This document shows, piece by piece, positions 19,334-28,597 of a stretch of 64,000 nt of DNA. Each line of letters opens with the position of its first letter. The stretch's first letter is position 1. The translations under genes and the position numbers were made by a program. Origin of the DNA: an uncultured bacterium (GTDB lineage Bacteria; Acidobacteriota; Thermoanaerobaculia; Multivoradales; JAHZIX01); assembly GCA_965368975.1 (NCBI GenBank), contig CBDUPA010000008.1:128001-192000 (forward strand), written 5' to 3'. Under the pieces are notes generated by a model. It had not been told where the DNA came from. It searched no databases and was given only the letters and a program-made list of their open reading frames with translations.

Positions 19334-21163
19334 TCAGATTGTCTCTGGGAGCGTGTGCGTGCGATCTTCGTTGGCCTGCTGCAGGTAGGCCATCAGCGGG
19401 CTGTAGTAGTCGAGCATCGCCTTGGCGCTCAGCTCTTCACCCAAGTGCTCGCGCATCACCTGGCGCCAGTCCTGGGTAGCGCCCAGTTCGAGGATCGAAC
19501 GTAGGAAGGCACCGACGTCCTCGCGGCCGAAGTAGTTGGTGTTGCGTTCGTCCTGCTGCAGGATGTCGCGCGCGATGTGCGCATGCAGCTGGTGCAGAAT
19601 GACGTGCGACAGGGCGTAGTCATAGTACTGCGCCGGGTCGTTGTTGATGTGCGTCTTGGTGGCCGCGTCGCAGTAGGTCTCGCCGCGCTCGGAAGGAGGG
19701 GCGATGCCCTGGAAGTGGGCCACGTGGTCCCACCACGCCTGGTTGTAGTTGTCCGGACTGATGGCACCGCGGTAGAGGTCGTACTCGAAGTGGCTCATGG
19801 TGCCGGCGGAGAAGGGGATGAAGACCACGGTATCGAGGGCTTCCTTGAGCAGCTGACGCACCTCGTCGACCTCGGCGTCGGCATCGACCAGGCCTCGGTC
19901 GATCAGGAAGGCCTTGTGCTTGGACGCCATGCCCAGCTGGGTGCCCACCGCCTCATGGAAGCCACGGTTGGCGCCGCGGCGCAGGATCGGCGGCACGTTC
20001 GGGTTGGTGTAGGCGACGTAGTAGTAGATGTGCCCCAGCTCATGATGCGCGGTGCCCCACCAGCGCTCGTTGGCTTGTACGCTCATGAGACTGCGGACAT
20101 CGTCCTGCAGGTCCATGTGCCAGGCGCTGGCGTGGTTGTTCTTCTTGTACTCAGCGTCCTCGGGAGCCGGGTAGAGTGACGACTGGTCCCAAAAGCTCTG
20201 GGGCAGCGCTGGAAAGCCCAGGCTGATGAAGAATTGTTCGGCTTGCTCGATCACCCACTCGGGCGTCTTGTCCGCCAGCGCGGCGTTGATGTCCAGGCCC
20301 TCGACAGTGATGTTGGACGACCAGTCCTGGCCCCAGCGGTTGGGCAGCCAGTGCGCCGGTAGCATCTCGGGCACTTCGGCGCCGTACTGCTCGGCCAATT
20401 CATAGCGGGTGTAGGTGTGCAATTCGCGGTAGAGCGGCCACAGATCGCGTACCAGTTGCTCGAGTAGGCTGATCATCTCTTCGCTGCTCATGCCGTAGGC
20501 GGAGACCTGGTGGGCGAAGAAGTGATCGTAGCCCAGAGACTGGACGGTCTGGTTGCGCAGATCGACCAGCTCGGCCAGACCCTGGCGCAACTCGACGCCA
20601 ACCTCTTTGGACGCTTCCCAGGCGGCCTGGCGAGCGGCGAGGTCGGTTTCCTGGTCCAGGGTGTCGTCGATCTCGTTGGCACTCACCGGCTGGCCGTCGA
20701 GTGTGAACTCGAAGCCGAACAGCTTCTCGTTCTGCAGGGCTTCGGCGGCGATGCGCTGCTCGACGATCTCCGGCACCGTACCCGGGTACTCACCGCCGAC
20801 GTACAGCATGCGCTCAAGTGCCCGCACCTGCACGGGCTCGAGGTGGTCTTTCTGCTCCAGGTAGGCCTGGACCTTCTCCAGCGTGTCAACCGCGCCGGTG
20901 AATTCGGTGAACGCCTTGCGCGCCGCTTCTTCACGCTGGCGGTTGCTGTCGTCGCCTTCGACGATGTGGGTGTTAGAGGCCCACTGCGCTGCTGACGACT
21001 CGGTATAGAGCTCGACGTAGCGATCCTGATAGCCATCGATGAAGGCCTGGACTTCCGCCTGTACCTCCTCGGGGGAGGGGGTGGGAGGCGTGCAAGCGAG
21101 CAGGGTCAGACCGGCGACGAGCGCCGCCAGCAGGAGGGGCAGGGCCGTGGAGGTTCGTAGCAT
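19334..21163 (-). CDS. M2 family metallopeptidase (ACE-like peptidyl-dipeptidase), lipoprotein
   Basis: LLAC lipobox; HASAW, HHELGH zinc motif, GANRGFHEAVG, PAHWLPNRWGQDW. Confidence 0.93.
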   Translation of the reverse strand: MLRTSTALPLLLAALVAGLTLLACTPPTPSPEEVQAEVQAFIDGYQDRYVELYTESSAAQWASNTHIVEGDDSNRQREEAARKAFTEFTGAVDTLEKVQAYLEQKDHLEPVQVRALERMLYVGGEYPGTVPEIVEQRIAAEALQNEKLFGFEFTLDGQPVSANEIDDTLDQETDLAARQAAWEASKEVGVELRQGLAELVDLRNQTVQSLGYDHFFAHQVSAYGMSSEEMISLLEQLVRDLWPLYRELHTYTRYELAEQYGAEVPEMLPAHWLPNRWGQDWSSNITVEGLDINAALADKTPEWVIEQAEQFFISLGFPALPQSFWDQSSLYPAPEDAEYKKNNHASAWHMDLQDDVRSLMSVQANERWWGTAHHELGHIYYYVAYTNPNVPPILRRGANRGFHEAVGTQLGMASKHKAFLIDRGLVDADAEVDEVRQLLKEALDTVVFIPFSAGTMSHFEYDLYRGAISPDNYNQAWWDHVAHFQGIAPPSERGETYCDAATKTHINNDPAQYYDYALSHVILHQLHAHIARDILQQDERNTNYFGREDVGAFLRSILELGATQDWRQVMREHLGEELSAKAMLDYYSPLMAYLQQANEDRTHTLPETI

Positions 21164-21175
21164 GGGGGTTCCTCT

Positions 21176-22420
21176 CTAGAAGGGATGCAGCTCGGCCAGG
21201 ACATCGGCCAGAGCTTCGATTTCACTCTCGGTATTGTAGTAGTGGGGGGAGACGCGCAGGGCTCCCGAAATGCCGCGGGTGTCGTAGTCGATGACGGCGC
21301 TGGTGCGCAGGGCGGCGCTGGTGTGAATGGAGCGCCGTCGCAGCTCGCGCACCAGATCCTCGGGCCGCCACCCTTCGACGGTCAGGGTCAGGATGGCGCC
21401 GAGCTGTCGCGTCGTGTCGGGTGCGCCTTCGAGCAAGGTAACGCCGGGCACGGCGGCCAAGCGCTGGCGGGCCAAGTCCGCCATGGCGAGCGTGCGGCTG
21501 CTCAGGCGCTGGCTACCGTGCCGGAGCACGTAGCGCGCCGCCGCGCCGAGACCGCGCACCAAGGCCCAGGAGAACTCCCAGTTCTCGAAGCGTCGGGCAT
21601 CGGAGCGCGGGCGGTAGCTGTCCGGCTCGGTCCAGTCGGCGCCGCGCAGGTCGGGCAGCAGGGGCTCGAAGCCGAGATCGAGTGCCCGCTCACTGACGTA
21701 CAGGAAGCCGGTGCCGCGCGGACCGCGCAGGAACTTGCGCCCGGTGGCGCTCAGGAAGTCGCAGCCCAGGGTCTCGACGTCGAGCGGTAGGTGGCCGACG
21801 GACTGGCAGGCGTCGATCAAGAAAGTCACGTCGTGCCGGCGACAAATGGAGCCGATGGCGGTGACGTCTTGAACCCGGCCGCTGTAGGTAGGAATGTGAG
21901 TGATCGCGACCAGCCGCGGGCGGTGCCGCCGCACCAGATCCTCGATGGCGTCGGGATCGACGCTGCCGGTCGTGCCGTCGTCGCTGGGCAAGTCGGGTGC
22001 GCGCACCAACTCGACCCCGCAACGCCGGATCAGCGCCAGGAACATGATCTGGTTGGACACGTAGTCGGCGCGGCTGGTGACGATGACGTCGCCGGCCCTG
22101 AACGGGATCGACGACAGGGCTTGCCCAAAGGCGGCTGTCGCGTTCTCGACCAGTGCGATCTGACGGGCCTTGGCTCCGAGCAGCTCGGCGATCGCGGCGT
22201 AGGTATCCTGGATGGCGTCGGCAGCCAGCTCGGCGGCTTCGTAGCCGCCGTGCCGAGCTTCCAACTCCAAGTGCTCGCGTACCGCTTGCAGAACCGGCTC
22301 CGGCATCAGTGCCGCGCCGGCATTGTTCAAGTGCGTGCAGTGGCCGCAGCCGGGGGTGTCGGCGCGCAACACCTCGATGTCCAGCGTCGGCACGCGCGTG
22401 GGCTCGACGGCGTGACTCAT
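21176..22420 (-). CDS. Class V PLP-dependent aminotransferase / cysteine desulfurase-like C-S lyase
   Basis: HLNNAGAAL, ENAT, IDACQSVG, SATGRKFLRGPRGTG, RVSPHYYNT; ATGA overlap with the upstream ALDH gene. Confidence 0.9.
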   Translation of the reverse strand: MSHAVEPTRVPTLDIEVLRADTPGCGHCTHLNNAGAALMPEPVLQAVREHLELEARHGGYEAAELAADAIQDTYAAIAELLGAKARQIALVENATAAFGQALSSIPFRAGDVIVTSRADYVSNQIMFLALIRRCGVELVRAPDLPSDDGTTGSVDPDAIEDLVRRHRPRLVAITHIPTYSGRVQDVTAIGSICRRHDVTFLIDACQSVGHLPLDVETLGCDFLSATGRKFLRGPRGTGFLYVSERALDLGFEPLLPDLRGADWTEPDSYRPRSDARRFENWEFSWALVRGLGAAARYVLRHGSQRLSSRTLAMADLARQRLAAVPGVTLLEGAPDTTRQLGAILTLTVEGWRPEDLVRELRRRSIHTSAALRTSAVIDYDTRGISGALRVSPHYYNTESEIEALADVLAELHPF

Positions 22421-24195
22421 CCGCGCACCCCGTGCCAGGTAATCGGCAGTAGCTTGAGCGGCGACGGTGAGCGCTCGAAGTCGGCCAGCGCTCTGGCCAG
22501 TGGGTAGGCGGTGCGGTGACTGACGAACCAGGGTGGCTTGGGCCAGGCCTCGAACAGAGAGCGCACCACCGTTTTCTGGGGGCGCGCGAACATCAACGTG
22601 TTGTGGACCACGCCCATGCCGCTCTGCAGGTCGTAGAGATCGTGCCCCGGGTAGGCTCCCCAGGTGGTGGTCATCAGGCCGAAGCCGACCGCCGCCCAGT
22701 GGTTGATCGACACGGTGCCGAAACGCAGACGCTCCAGCGCCCGTTCGAGGGCCGCCGCGTTGTTCGGGTCGGCGGTGGTGCCCGGGTGGACGATCAGGGT
22801 GACGTTGAGTGTTCCCCAGACCTGTTCGTTGACGAAGTCGACCGCCCGCTGCAGGAACTCTGGCACCGTCTCGGCGGCCAGCGCCGTCTCGGAAAAGACG
22901 CCGCAGAACGCTTCGGTACGGAAGCAAATGTCGTCCGCCGGGCCACCCTCGGGGGAGGGCGCCGGCTCGGGTAGTTCCGGAATGAACAGCCAGGGCAGTT
23001 CGCCCTCGGCAGGCTCGCCGTAGGCTTCGGCTTCCGGATGCGCTTGGCGGAAGCGCTCGAAGCGTTCCGCGGCGCCCGGGTAGTAGGCTGGTCGTGGTGG
23101 TGTCTCGGCGAGGCAGCGGCGCATCTCGTCGAGCAAACGCTGACGCTTGAACCAGCCTTCTTGCTGCACGACGACGCGCGTCGCATTGCAGTTGAAGCCG
23201 GCGTTGTTGGCCAGCGACGAGACCAAGTTCTCTGCCTGGTACGCGACATCTTTCTCGCTCCACGGACCGGGTACTACGATCACCGCGCTGACGTTGCCCA
23301 ACTCGGCGCTGATCGGCTTGTCCAGGCGCGGCCGGCGTTCGGCCTTGCGCCGGGCACCTTCCTCGCCGGGGCCGAAGACGATCGCCTCGACGGTGCGGTC
23401 CGAGCCGGTGATGTGGATCTCGTCGACCAGCCGGTGGTTGCACAGGTACTCGCCGACATCGGCGCCGCCATAGACCACGCGCAGCGCACCGCGCCGCACC
23501 AGGGGTTCGAAGGCACGCTCGATCAGGGGACCGAGGAAGGCGTTGAGCGGGTGCATCTTGTAGATCACCACGCGGTTCTCGACGAAGAACTTGTACAGCG
23601 CGTCGGTGGGGCCAATCGAGGTGACATTGCCGGCGCCCAGGACCAGCGCCACACCTCCTTCGCTGTCTGCGTCCTCGCCGCAGGCCAGATTCTCACGGTA
23701 AGCCAGCGCTTGCGTCGAGGGCAGCTCTTCCGCGCTCACGCCTGGTTCCATCCACACTTCGGCGGTGACCCCGGGAAACAGTGCCATGTCGTAGAGCGAC
23801 GCTGGGAACACTCTCGCTGTTACCTGGCCGTTGGTGCGCGTCTTCACCGGCCCGGGAATCCGGGGCTGACCATACTTGCGGATGTCGGCCAGGGCTTCAC
23901 GCAGCAGGCGGATGTTGCGCTGCATCAGGTACGGGCCGACCAACCACTCTTCGCCCGCTTGCGGCGTACCGTCGGTGCCTTCCGCGCGTGCCGAAGACTC
24001 GGCCCACTCGGCGGAAACCTCGGCCAGGCGGTCGTGCAACTCGCCCAGCAGCTCGATGCGCTCTGCAATCGAGGTGCGCACCCATGCCGGTGCTGCCGCG
24101 TGCAGCGTCTCGAGCGCCTGGTCGATGTCGCCGTGAGGGCTATCCGGAGGGATGTGATTGGCAGGGGAGGAGGGTGTCGGCGTGATAGCAGCCAT
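22417..24195 (-). CDS. Aldehyde dehydrogenase family protein
   Basis: LGAGN, IHITGS, ELGNVS, NNAGFNC (catalytic Cys), EAF. Confidence 0.9.
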   Translation of the reverse strand: MAAITPTPSSPANHIPPDSPHGDIDQALETLHAAAPAWVRTSIAERIELLGELHDRLAEVSAEWAESSARAEGTDGTPQAGEEWLVGPYLMQRNIRLLREALADIRKYGQPRIPGPVKTRTNGQVTARVFPASLYDMALFPGVTAEVWMEPGVSAEELPSTQALAYRENLACGEDADSEGGVALVLGAGNVTSIGPTDALYKFFVENRVVIYKMHPLNAFLGPLIERAFEPLVRRGALRVVYGGADVGEYLCNHRLVDEIHITGSDRTVEAIVFGPGEEGARRKAERRPRLDKPISAELGNVSAVIVVPGPWSEKDVAYQAENLVSSLANNAGFNCNATRVVVQQEGWFKRQRLLDEMRRCLAETPPRPAYYPGAAERFERFRQAHPEAEAYGEPAEGELPWLFIPELPEPAPSPEGGPADDICFRTEAFCGVFSETALAAETVPEFLQRAVDFVNEQVWGTLNVTLIVHPGTTADPNNAAALERALERLRFGTVSINHWAAVGFGLMTTTWGAYPGHDLYDLQSGMGVVHNTLMFARPQKTVVRSLFEAWPKPPWFVSHRTAYPLARALADFERSPSPLKLLPITWHGVRG

Positions 24196-24281
24196 GGCGG
24201 AACTTTAGCATAGCCCTCGGGTGCCAAAGCCCCTACGGCCCCTGGCGTCTGACGCGCTCGACGGCTTACAATGGTGCCAAC

Positions 24282-25061
24282 ATGATCGAGATCCAAGAGC
24301 TACGCAAGACGTACGGTGACCACGTCGCCGTCGACGGTCTGTCGTTGACCGTCAACGCGGGGGAAATCTTCGGCCTGGTTGGTCCCAACGGCGCGGGCAA
24401 GACGTCGACCTTACGCTGCCTGGCCGGCATTCTGCCGCCCACTTCCGGCCACGTACGTGTCGATGGTTTCGACCTCGAGGCCGATCCTGTCGAGGCACGC
24501 CGCCGCCTGGCCTTCGTCGCCGACGAGCCGCGCCTGTTCGAGCATCTGACGGTGCGGGACTACATGAAGGTGCTGGCGCGCCTCTACGGCGTCGAGGACG
24601 GAACTGAGCGTAGCGAAGCCTTGCTCGAAGAGTTGGCACTCGGCGATCGACACCACAGCTTCCCGGACGAGTTGTCACGCGGCATGAAGCAGAAACTCAT
24701 GGTTGCCGGCGCTCTCTTGCACCGGCCCAAGGCCCTGATCTTCGATGAGCCGCTGACCGGCCTCGATCCCGGTGCCATGCGGCGGATGAAGACCACTATC
24801 CGGCGCACCGCCGGCGAAGGCACCGCGGTGCTGGTGTCGTCGCACCTGCTGTCCCTGGTCGAAGAGATGTGCGACCGCGTGCTGATCCTGCAGCGCGGCC
24901 GGGAAGTCCTCAGTGGGACGCTGAACGACATCCGCGCTGGCCTGCCGGATCTCGATCCCGATGCCGACCTCGAGACCATCTTTCTGCGCGCGACGGGAAT
25001 GGACCAGGCAGGCTTGCCGCCCGTGCCAGAAGCCCAGCCCGCAGAGGAGAGCCAGGCTTGA
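24282..25061 (+). CDS. ABC transporter ATP-binding protein
   Basis: GPNGAGKT, LSRGMKQK, DEPLTGLDP, SSH. Confidence 0.95.
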   Translation: MIEIQELRKTYGDHVAVDGLSLTVNAGEIFGLVGPNGAGKTSTLRCLAGILPPTSGHVRVDGFDLEADPVEARRRLAFVADEPRLFEHLTVRDYMKVLARLYGVEDGTERSEALLEELALGDRHHSFPDELSRGMKQKLMVAGALLHRPKALIFDEPLTGLDPGAMRRMKTTIRRTAGEGTAVLVSSHLLSLVEEMCDRVLILQRGREVLSGTLNDIRAGLPDLDPDADLETIFLRATGMDQAGLPPVPEAQPAEESQA

Positions 25062-26893
25062 CGCCACGCATCGGGGCGGCGTTGCTGTACCTGGCACTGC
25101 GCCAGCTCGCCGGTAGCCTGCGCCGCTGGGGTCGGCGGCTGAAGAAGCCGCGCTACGCCATCGCGACGCTTGCCGGTGTCGTCTACTTTGTTTTCGTCTT
25201 CGGCGCCTCGTTGTTCGATCGCAAGAACCTGATCGAGCGCATTCCCGCCAGCGTCGCCGAACTACTGCCCTGGGTGCTGGTCCTGCCGCTCTTGTTGATG
25301 GCGGCCCTGGTGTGGCTGTTCCGGCCTGCCAAGCTGCCGCTGCCGCTCAGCGAGGCGGAACTACAGGGCTTGTTACCGGCGCCGGTCAGCCGCCGTCACT
25401 TGCTCGGCTATGGATGGCTCAAGGCACAGCTGGGTCTGCTCTTCGGCGCCTGCATGCTCGGTTTCTTTGGCGACTTCCGCCTGGCGCCCGGCTTCTTCCT
25501 CGTGCTCAACCTGTTCACGCTGCACGTGCTGGCCCTCAGCCTCTTCAAGATCCACGCTCAGCAGCAGCAGCCTGACCGGCGTGTCCGACTCGAACGCTTA
25601 CCGCTACTCGTCTTGACATGCCTGGCTGTACTGCTCTTCCTGGCGCTCCGTCCGCCTATCGAGGCGCTGGTGGGACAGATCGCCAGTGGTGGTTTGGGTG
25701 ACGGCTTCCAGGATTTCCGGACGCTGCTACGCGAAGCCGCGACCGGCTTCCAGACCAGTCTCAACGGGCGCGCCTACTACGTTCTAACCGCCGTCCTGCG
25801 CTGGTCGCTGGCGCCGGTGCTCGCTCCTTTCGGCGCCGCTTCTTGGTTCGATGGCCTCGGCTTCCTGGCCCTCTTCGGCCTCCACTTGATGCTGGTCTTC
25901 CGTCGTCCGGTTCGCTTCGAGGAAGCCGCGCTGCGCGACGCCCCCAACGTCAAGGTCGACCTGGCCACCCGCATGCAGCGCAAGCAGGCGGCCAAGAATC
26001 GCGAGACGGAGCCGTTTCCGCTGCCGCCGGTCGCCGGCGTGCTGCTGGGACAGCCGGAGATGGCGGTCGTGTGGAAGAACTTCCAGCTCGGCAGTCGCAG
26101 CTCCCTGAAATCCTTGACGCTCAAGTTGCTGGCGGCGTTGCCGCTGATCACCCTCGTGACCGTGCTGCTGGGTGCTCCCGCCTGGTGGATTGGCATGATC
26201 GCCGGCGCCGGTGCGTTCCTGGTCGGCTTTTATCCGCTCGGCTCCGGCATGACCTTTCGCCACGATTTCAGAGCCGACCTACCGAAGCTCGAGATCCTGC
26301 GCACCTGGCCGCTGCCCGCCTGGCGCCTGGTGGCTGCTGAGCTCGCCGTGCCGGTTGCTCTCGCCCTCGGGGCAGCCCTCTTTGGCGGTGCCGCATGCCT
26401 GGCCGTGGGGGCCGGTGTCCTGCTTGCCGATCCTCCAGCCAGCACACTAGCCGGCAAGGCCGCCGTCCATCTCGCAGACTTCGGCATCGCTTTCTATCCC
26501 ACGCTCCTGGTGGTAGGGGGTTTGCCCTTGAGCCTGGGGCTCGCGACCCTGTCCACTGCCGCTCACAACCTCGCGACGCTTGTCTGGCCAGGGCTCTTTC
26601 CGCTGGGTTTCCGGGCACCGCAGCAGGGAAGCCCGGCGCTCATGGGCACCTACATGCTGATGTTCATCGGCCACTTCCTGTGCCTCGCTCTCGCCCTCAT
26701 CGTTCCCGGTCTCGTTGTCGCGCTATTGGTTGGCCTGCTGTACCTGCTCGGCGCAGCGGTCTTCCCTTGGGGATTGCCGCTGTTCGGGCTGGTCGGTGGC
26801 CTGCTGCTGTTCGCCGAGGGAGCGGCGCTGGTGGTGATCACGGCGCGCCGCTGGGAGACTCTGGATGCTTCGGAAGAACTGCTGAGCAGCTGA
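25058..26893 (+). CDS. Putative ABC exporter membrane subunit
   Basis: TTGA overlap with the ATPase gene; many TM segments; LLPAPVSRR, DFRADL..L..LRTWPL. Confidence 0.75.
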   Translation: MTPRIGAALLYLALRQLAGSLRRWGRRLKKPRYAIATLAGVVYFVFVFGASLFDRKNLIERIPASVAELLPWVLVLPLLLMAALVWLFRPAKLPLPLSEAELQGLLPAPVSRRHLLGYGWLKAQLGLLFGACMLGFFGDFRLAPGFFLVLNLFTLHVLALSLFKIHAQQQQPDRRVRLERLPLLVLTCLAVLLFLALRPPIEALVGQIASGGLGDGFQDFRTLLREAATGFQTSLNGRAYYVLTAVLRWSLAPVLAPFGAASWFDGLGFLALFGLHLMLVFRRPVRFEEAALRDAPNVKVDLATRMQRKQAAKNRETEPFPLPPVAGVLLGQPEMAVVWKNFQLGSRSSLKSLTLKLLAALPLITLVTVLLGAPAWWIGMIAGAGAFLVGFYPLGSGMTFRHDFRADLPKLEILRTWPLPAWRLVAAELAVPVALALGAALFGGAACLAVGAGVLLADPPASTLAGKAAVHLADFGIAFYPTLLVVGGLPLSLGLATLSTAAHNLATLVWPGLFPLGFRAPQQGSPALMGTYMLMFIGHFLCLALALIVPGLVVALLVGLLYLLGAAVFPWGLPLFGLVGGLLLFAEGAALVVITARRWETLDASEELLSS

Positions 26894-27139
26894 GCCGCCT
26901 CGCACGCCAACTCCGTCTCCTCAGTTGGTCTGTCAGATCCTGCTACCTCACAGCGAATACGAAAGTGAGCTGCCACGGCCATGTGCCGTACGGCTCCTAC
27001 GTATCTTTTCGTGACGCCTTCCAAGGACACCTCGGTGCCCGACATCTGGAACAGTTCCGGTTGCCGGGTGGTCATCAGGAACCCGGGTTTTCCCGTGTCT
27101 GTGGGGATCGGGGGAACCCTGCCTTTGAAGGAGACACAT

Positions 27140-27361
27140 ATGGCACATCAATTCGTGGCCTATCTCGGCGACGATGTCAAACTCACGGCTGAGCAGCAGC
27201 GGGAAATCGCTGCAAGCGTCCAGAAAGCCGTGGTCGGCGCGTTGGCGCGCGTCGATTTACGGGGCGACTTGAGCACGCGGGTGCCCGAAAGCTTGGCCGG
27301 AAAGTTTCCCGATCACACGATGGGGATCTGGATCGAGCGCGGCGAACTACGCCAGTTCTGA
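27140..27361 (+). CDS. Small hypothetical protein (73 aa), possible precursor or partner of the downstream Cys-rich protein
   Basis: Strong GAAGGAG RBS before ATG 27140; MAHQFVAYLGDDVKLT...HTMGIWIERGELRQF. Confidence 0.7.
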   Translation: MAHQFVAYLGDDVKLTAEQQREIAASVQKAVVGALARVDLRGDLSTRVPESLAGKFPDHTMGIWIERGELRQF

Positions 27362-27374
27362 GGCGGGTGGCGTC

Positions 27375-27794
27375 ATGTCTGAACGACTGCCCGTCATGTG
27401 CCCGAGTTCGCGTTGCGAGGAGGGGCACGTCCTCCTGGGTATCGTCCAGGCGGACGGCAAGATCGGTTACCTGCCCGAGCGTCTGGAAGTCGACAGCGAC
27501 TTCGTGCAGATCGCGCGACAAGGCCGCGCCCCCGAGAAGCGTTTCCGCTTCAGTTCCAAGTGCGCCGAGAGCGGTTGCAAGCAGTGGACCGGCAGCGCGT
27601 GCGGCGTGATTCACAAGGTGCTCGCTGGCTACCCGCGAGCCAAGCGCGTTTCCTCACCGGCTGATTGCTCGATTCGCGAGCAGTGCCGCTGGCACCAGCA
27701 GGAAGGGCCGAAAGCCTGCACTGTCTGTCCGCTGGTGATCACCGATCAGCTGGTACCGGAGGACGCGATCGCGGAGACGGCGGCAGCGGGCTGA
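27375..27794 (+). CDS. Cys-rich putative metal-binding protein of unknown function
   Basis: 9 Cys: CPSSRC, RFRFSSKCAESGC..W....C, CSIREQCRW..QEG..ACTVCP; starts 13 bp after the upstream small gene. Confidence 0.75.
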   Translation: MSERLPVMCPSSRCEEGHVLLGIVQADGKIGYLPERLEVDSDFVQIARQGRAPEKRFRFSSKCAESGCKQWTGSACGVIHKVLAGYPRAKRVSSPADCSIREQCRWHQQEGPKACTVCPLVITDQLVPEDAIAETAAAG

Positions 27795-27808
27795 TTGGCT
27801 TCGAACGG

Positions 27809-27849
27809 CAAGAGGCCGGCTCCAGGGATCGTCCCCGGCCGGCCTCTTG
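27809..27849. terminator. Stem-loop between convergent genes (probable bidirectional terminator)
   Basis: CAAGAGGCCGGC / GCCGGCCTCTTG perfect 12-bp inverted repeat. Confidence 0.65.
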
Positions 27850-27874
27850 GACTTGTCGTGTCGAGCCCTGAGAC

Positions 27875-28081
27875 TTAGCAATAACCCCAGTAGGTCAGCG
27901 TGCCGCCGCAAGCGGCCGGGCCAGAGTTGATGGTGTCGGTGACGGTGTCTTCCCAGTCCTTGTGGTCCTGGCACTCCAGGCCGTCAGACTCGTTGCCGCC
28001 CACGATGCGGCGCAGCTTGCCGGCGTTGAGGCTGTGCAGGGTTTCACGGTTCAAGGTCAGCTTACGATGTTGCTTCTTCAT
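27875..28081 (-). CDS. RiPP (lanthipeptide-like) precursor peptide 1
   Basis: Leader MKKQHRKLTLNRETLHSL...IVGG (double Gly); core with 3 Cys and 7 Ser/Thr; GGAG RBS. Confidence 0.8.
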   Translation of the reverse strand: MKKQHRKLTLNRETLHSLNAGKLRRIVGGNESDGLECQDHKDWEDTVTDTINSGPAACGGTLTYWGYC

Positions 28082-28291
28082 TGTCTTGGAATCTCCAGCA
28101 GAAGGATCAGTGAATCCGACAGATCGTCGGTAGTGAACTGCTCCCTGTAACGGGCTAGTGAGCTGGAAGATTCTCGACTTCGCAAGAGTTTGCAGGTTTT
28201 TACAATCCGGAGGGAGCTGGAGGAGAGTGCCGAGAGAGGTGCCGGCCCCGCAGAAGGACTCCGGGAGCCGGCATGGTCTCGAGCGCGCGCG

Positions 28292-28477
28292 TCAGTCGCG
28301 AGCCATGACGGCGCCGTCGCAGTCCGGGTTGGTGATCTGCGACGGGCAGGTCGTGACGGCATCGCTGTCACAGAAGGCTGGACTCTCTGGGGCACCGGCC
28401 GCGATGTGCAGGCCGGATTCGGTCAGTCGGCCCAGGGTCTCGCGGGACAGCTTGAGGGTTGTCTTGCGCTTTCTCAT
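28292..28477 (-). CDS. RiPP (lanthipeptide-like) precursor peptide 2
   Basis: Leader MRKRKTTLKLSRETLGRL...AAGA; core with 3 Cys and 6 Ser/Thr; AGGAGG RBS. Confidence 0.78.
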   Translation of the reverse strand: MRKRKTTLKLSRETLGRLTESGLHIAAGAPESPAFCDSDAVTTCPSQITNPDCDGAVMARD

Positions 28478-28543
28478 TGTCTCCTCCTCATCGTAGTGGG
28501 TGGGGTGAAGTCATGAGCTTAGCAGCAGACCGGTGTTACGTAC

Positions 28544-28597
28544 GGGCACTGCTACATAGTGGGCACTGCTACTACATAGCGGGCACTGCTACATAGC
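28544..28597. repeat. Three tandem copies of GGGCACTGCTACATAG spanning the DUF420 stop codon
   Basis: Directly visible; the middle copy has an extra 3 nt (CTA); the last copy overlaps the stop at 28589-28591. Confidence 0.85.

Noticed and set aside
21176-23443. 755-aa ORF suggesting a long N-terminal extension on the PLP enzyme
   Set aside because: The extension overlaps the ALDH gene in another frame; the real start is ATG 22420. The same artefact affects 12880, 14360, 17696, 24869, 33525 and 47140
28544-28597. Possible mini CRISPR array (also 43553-43630 and 49240-49326)
   Set aside because: Units are 15-18 bp, directly abutting with no unique spacers, and no cas genes are present
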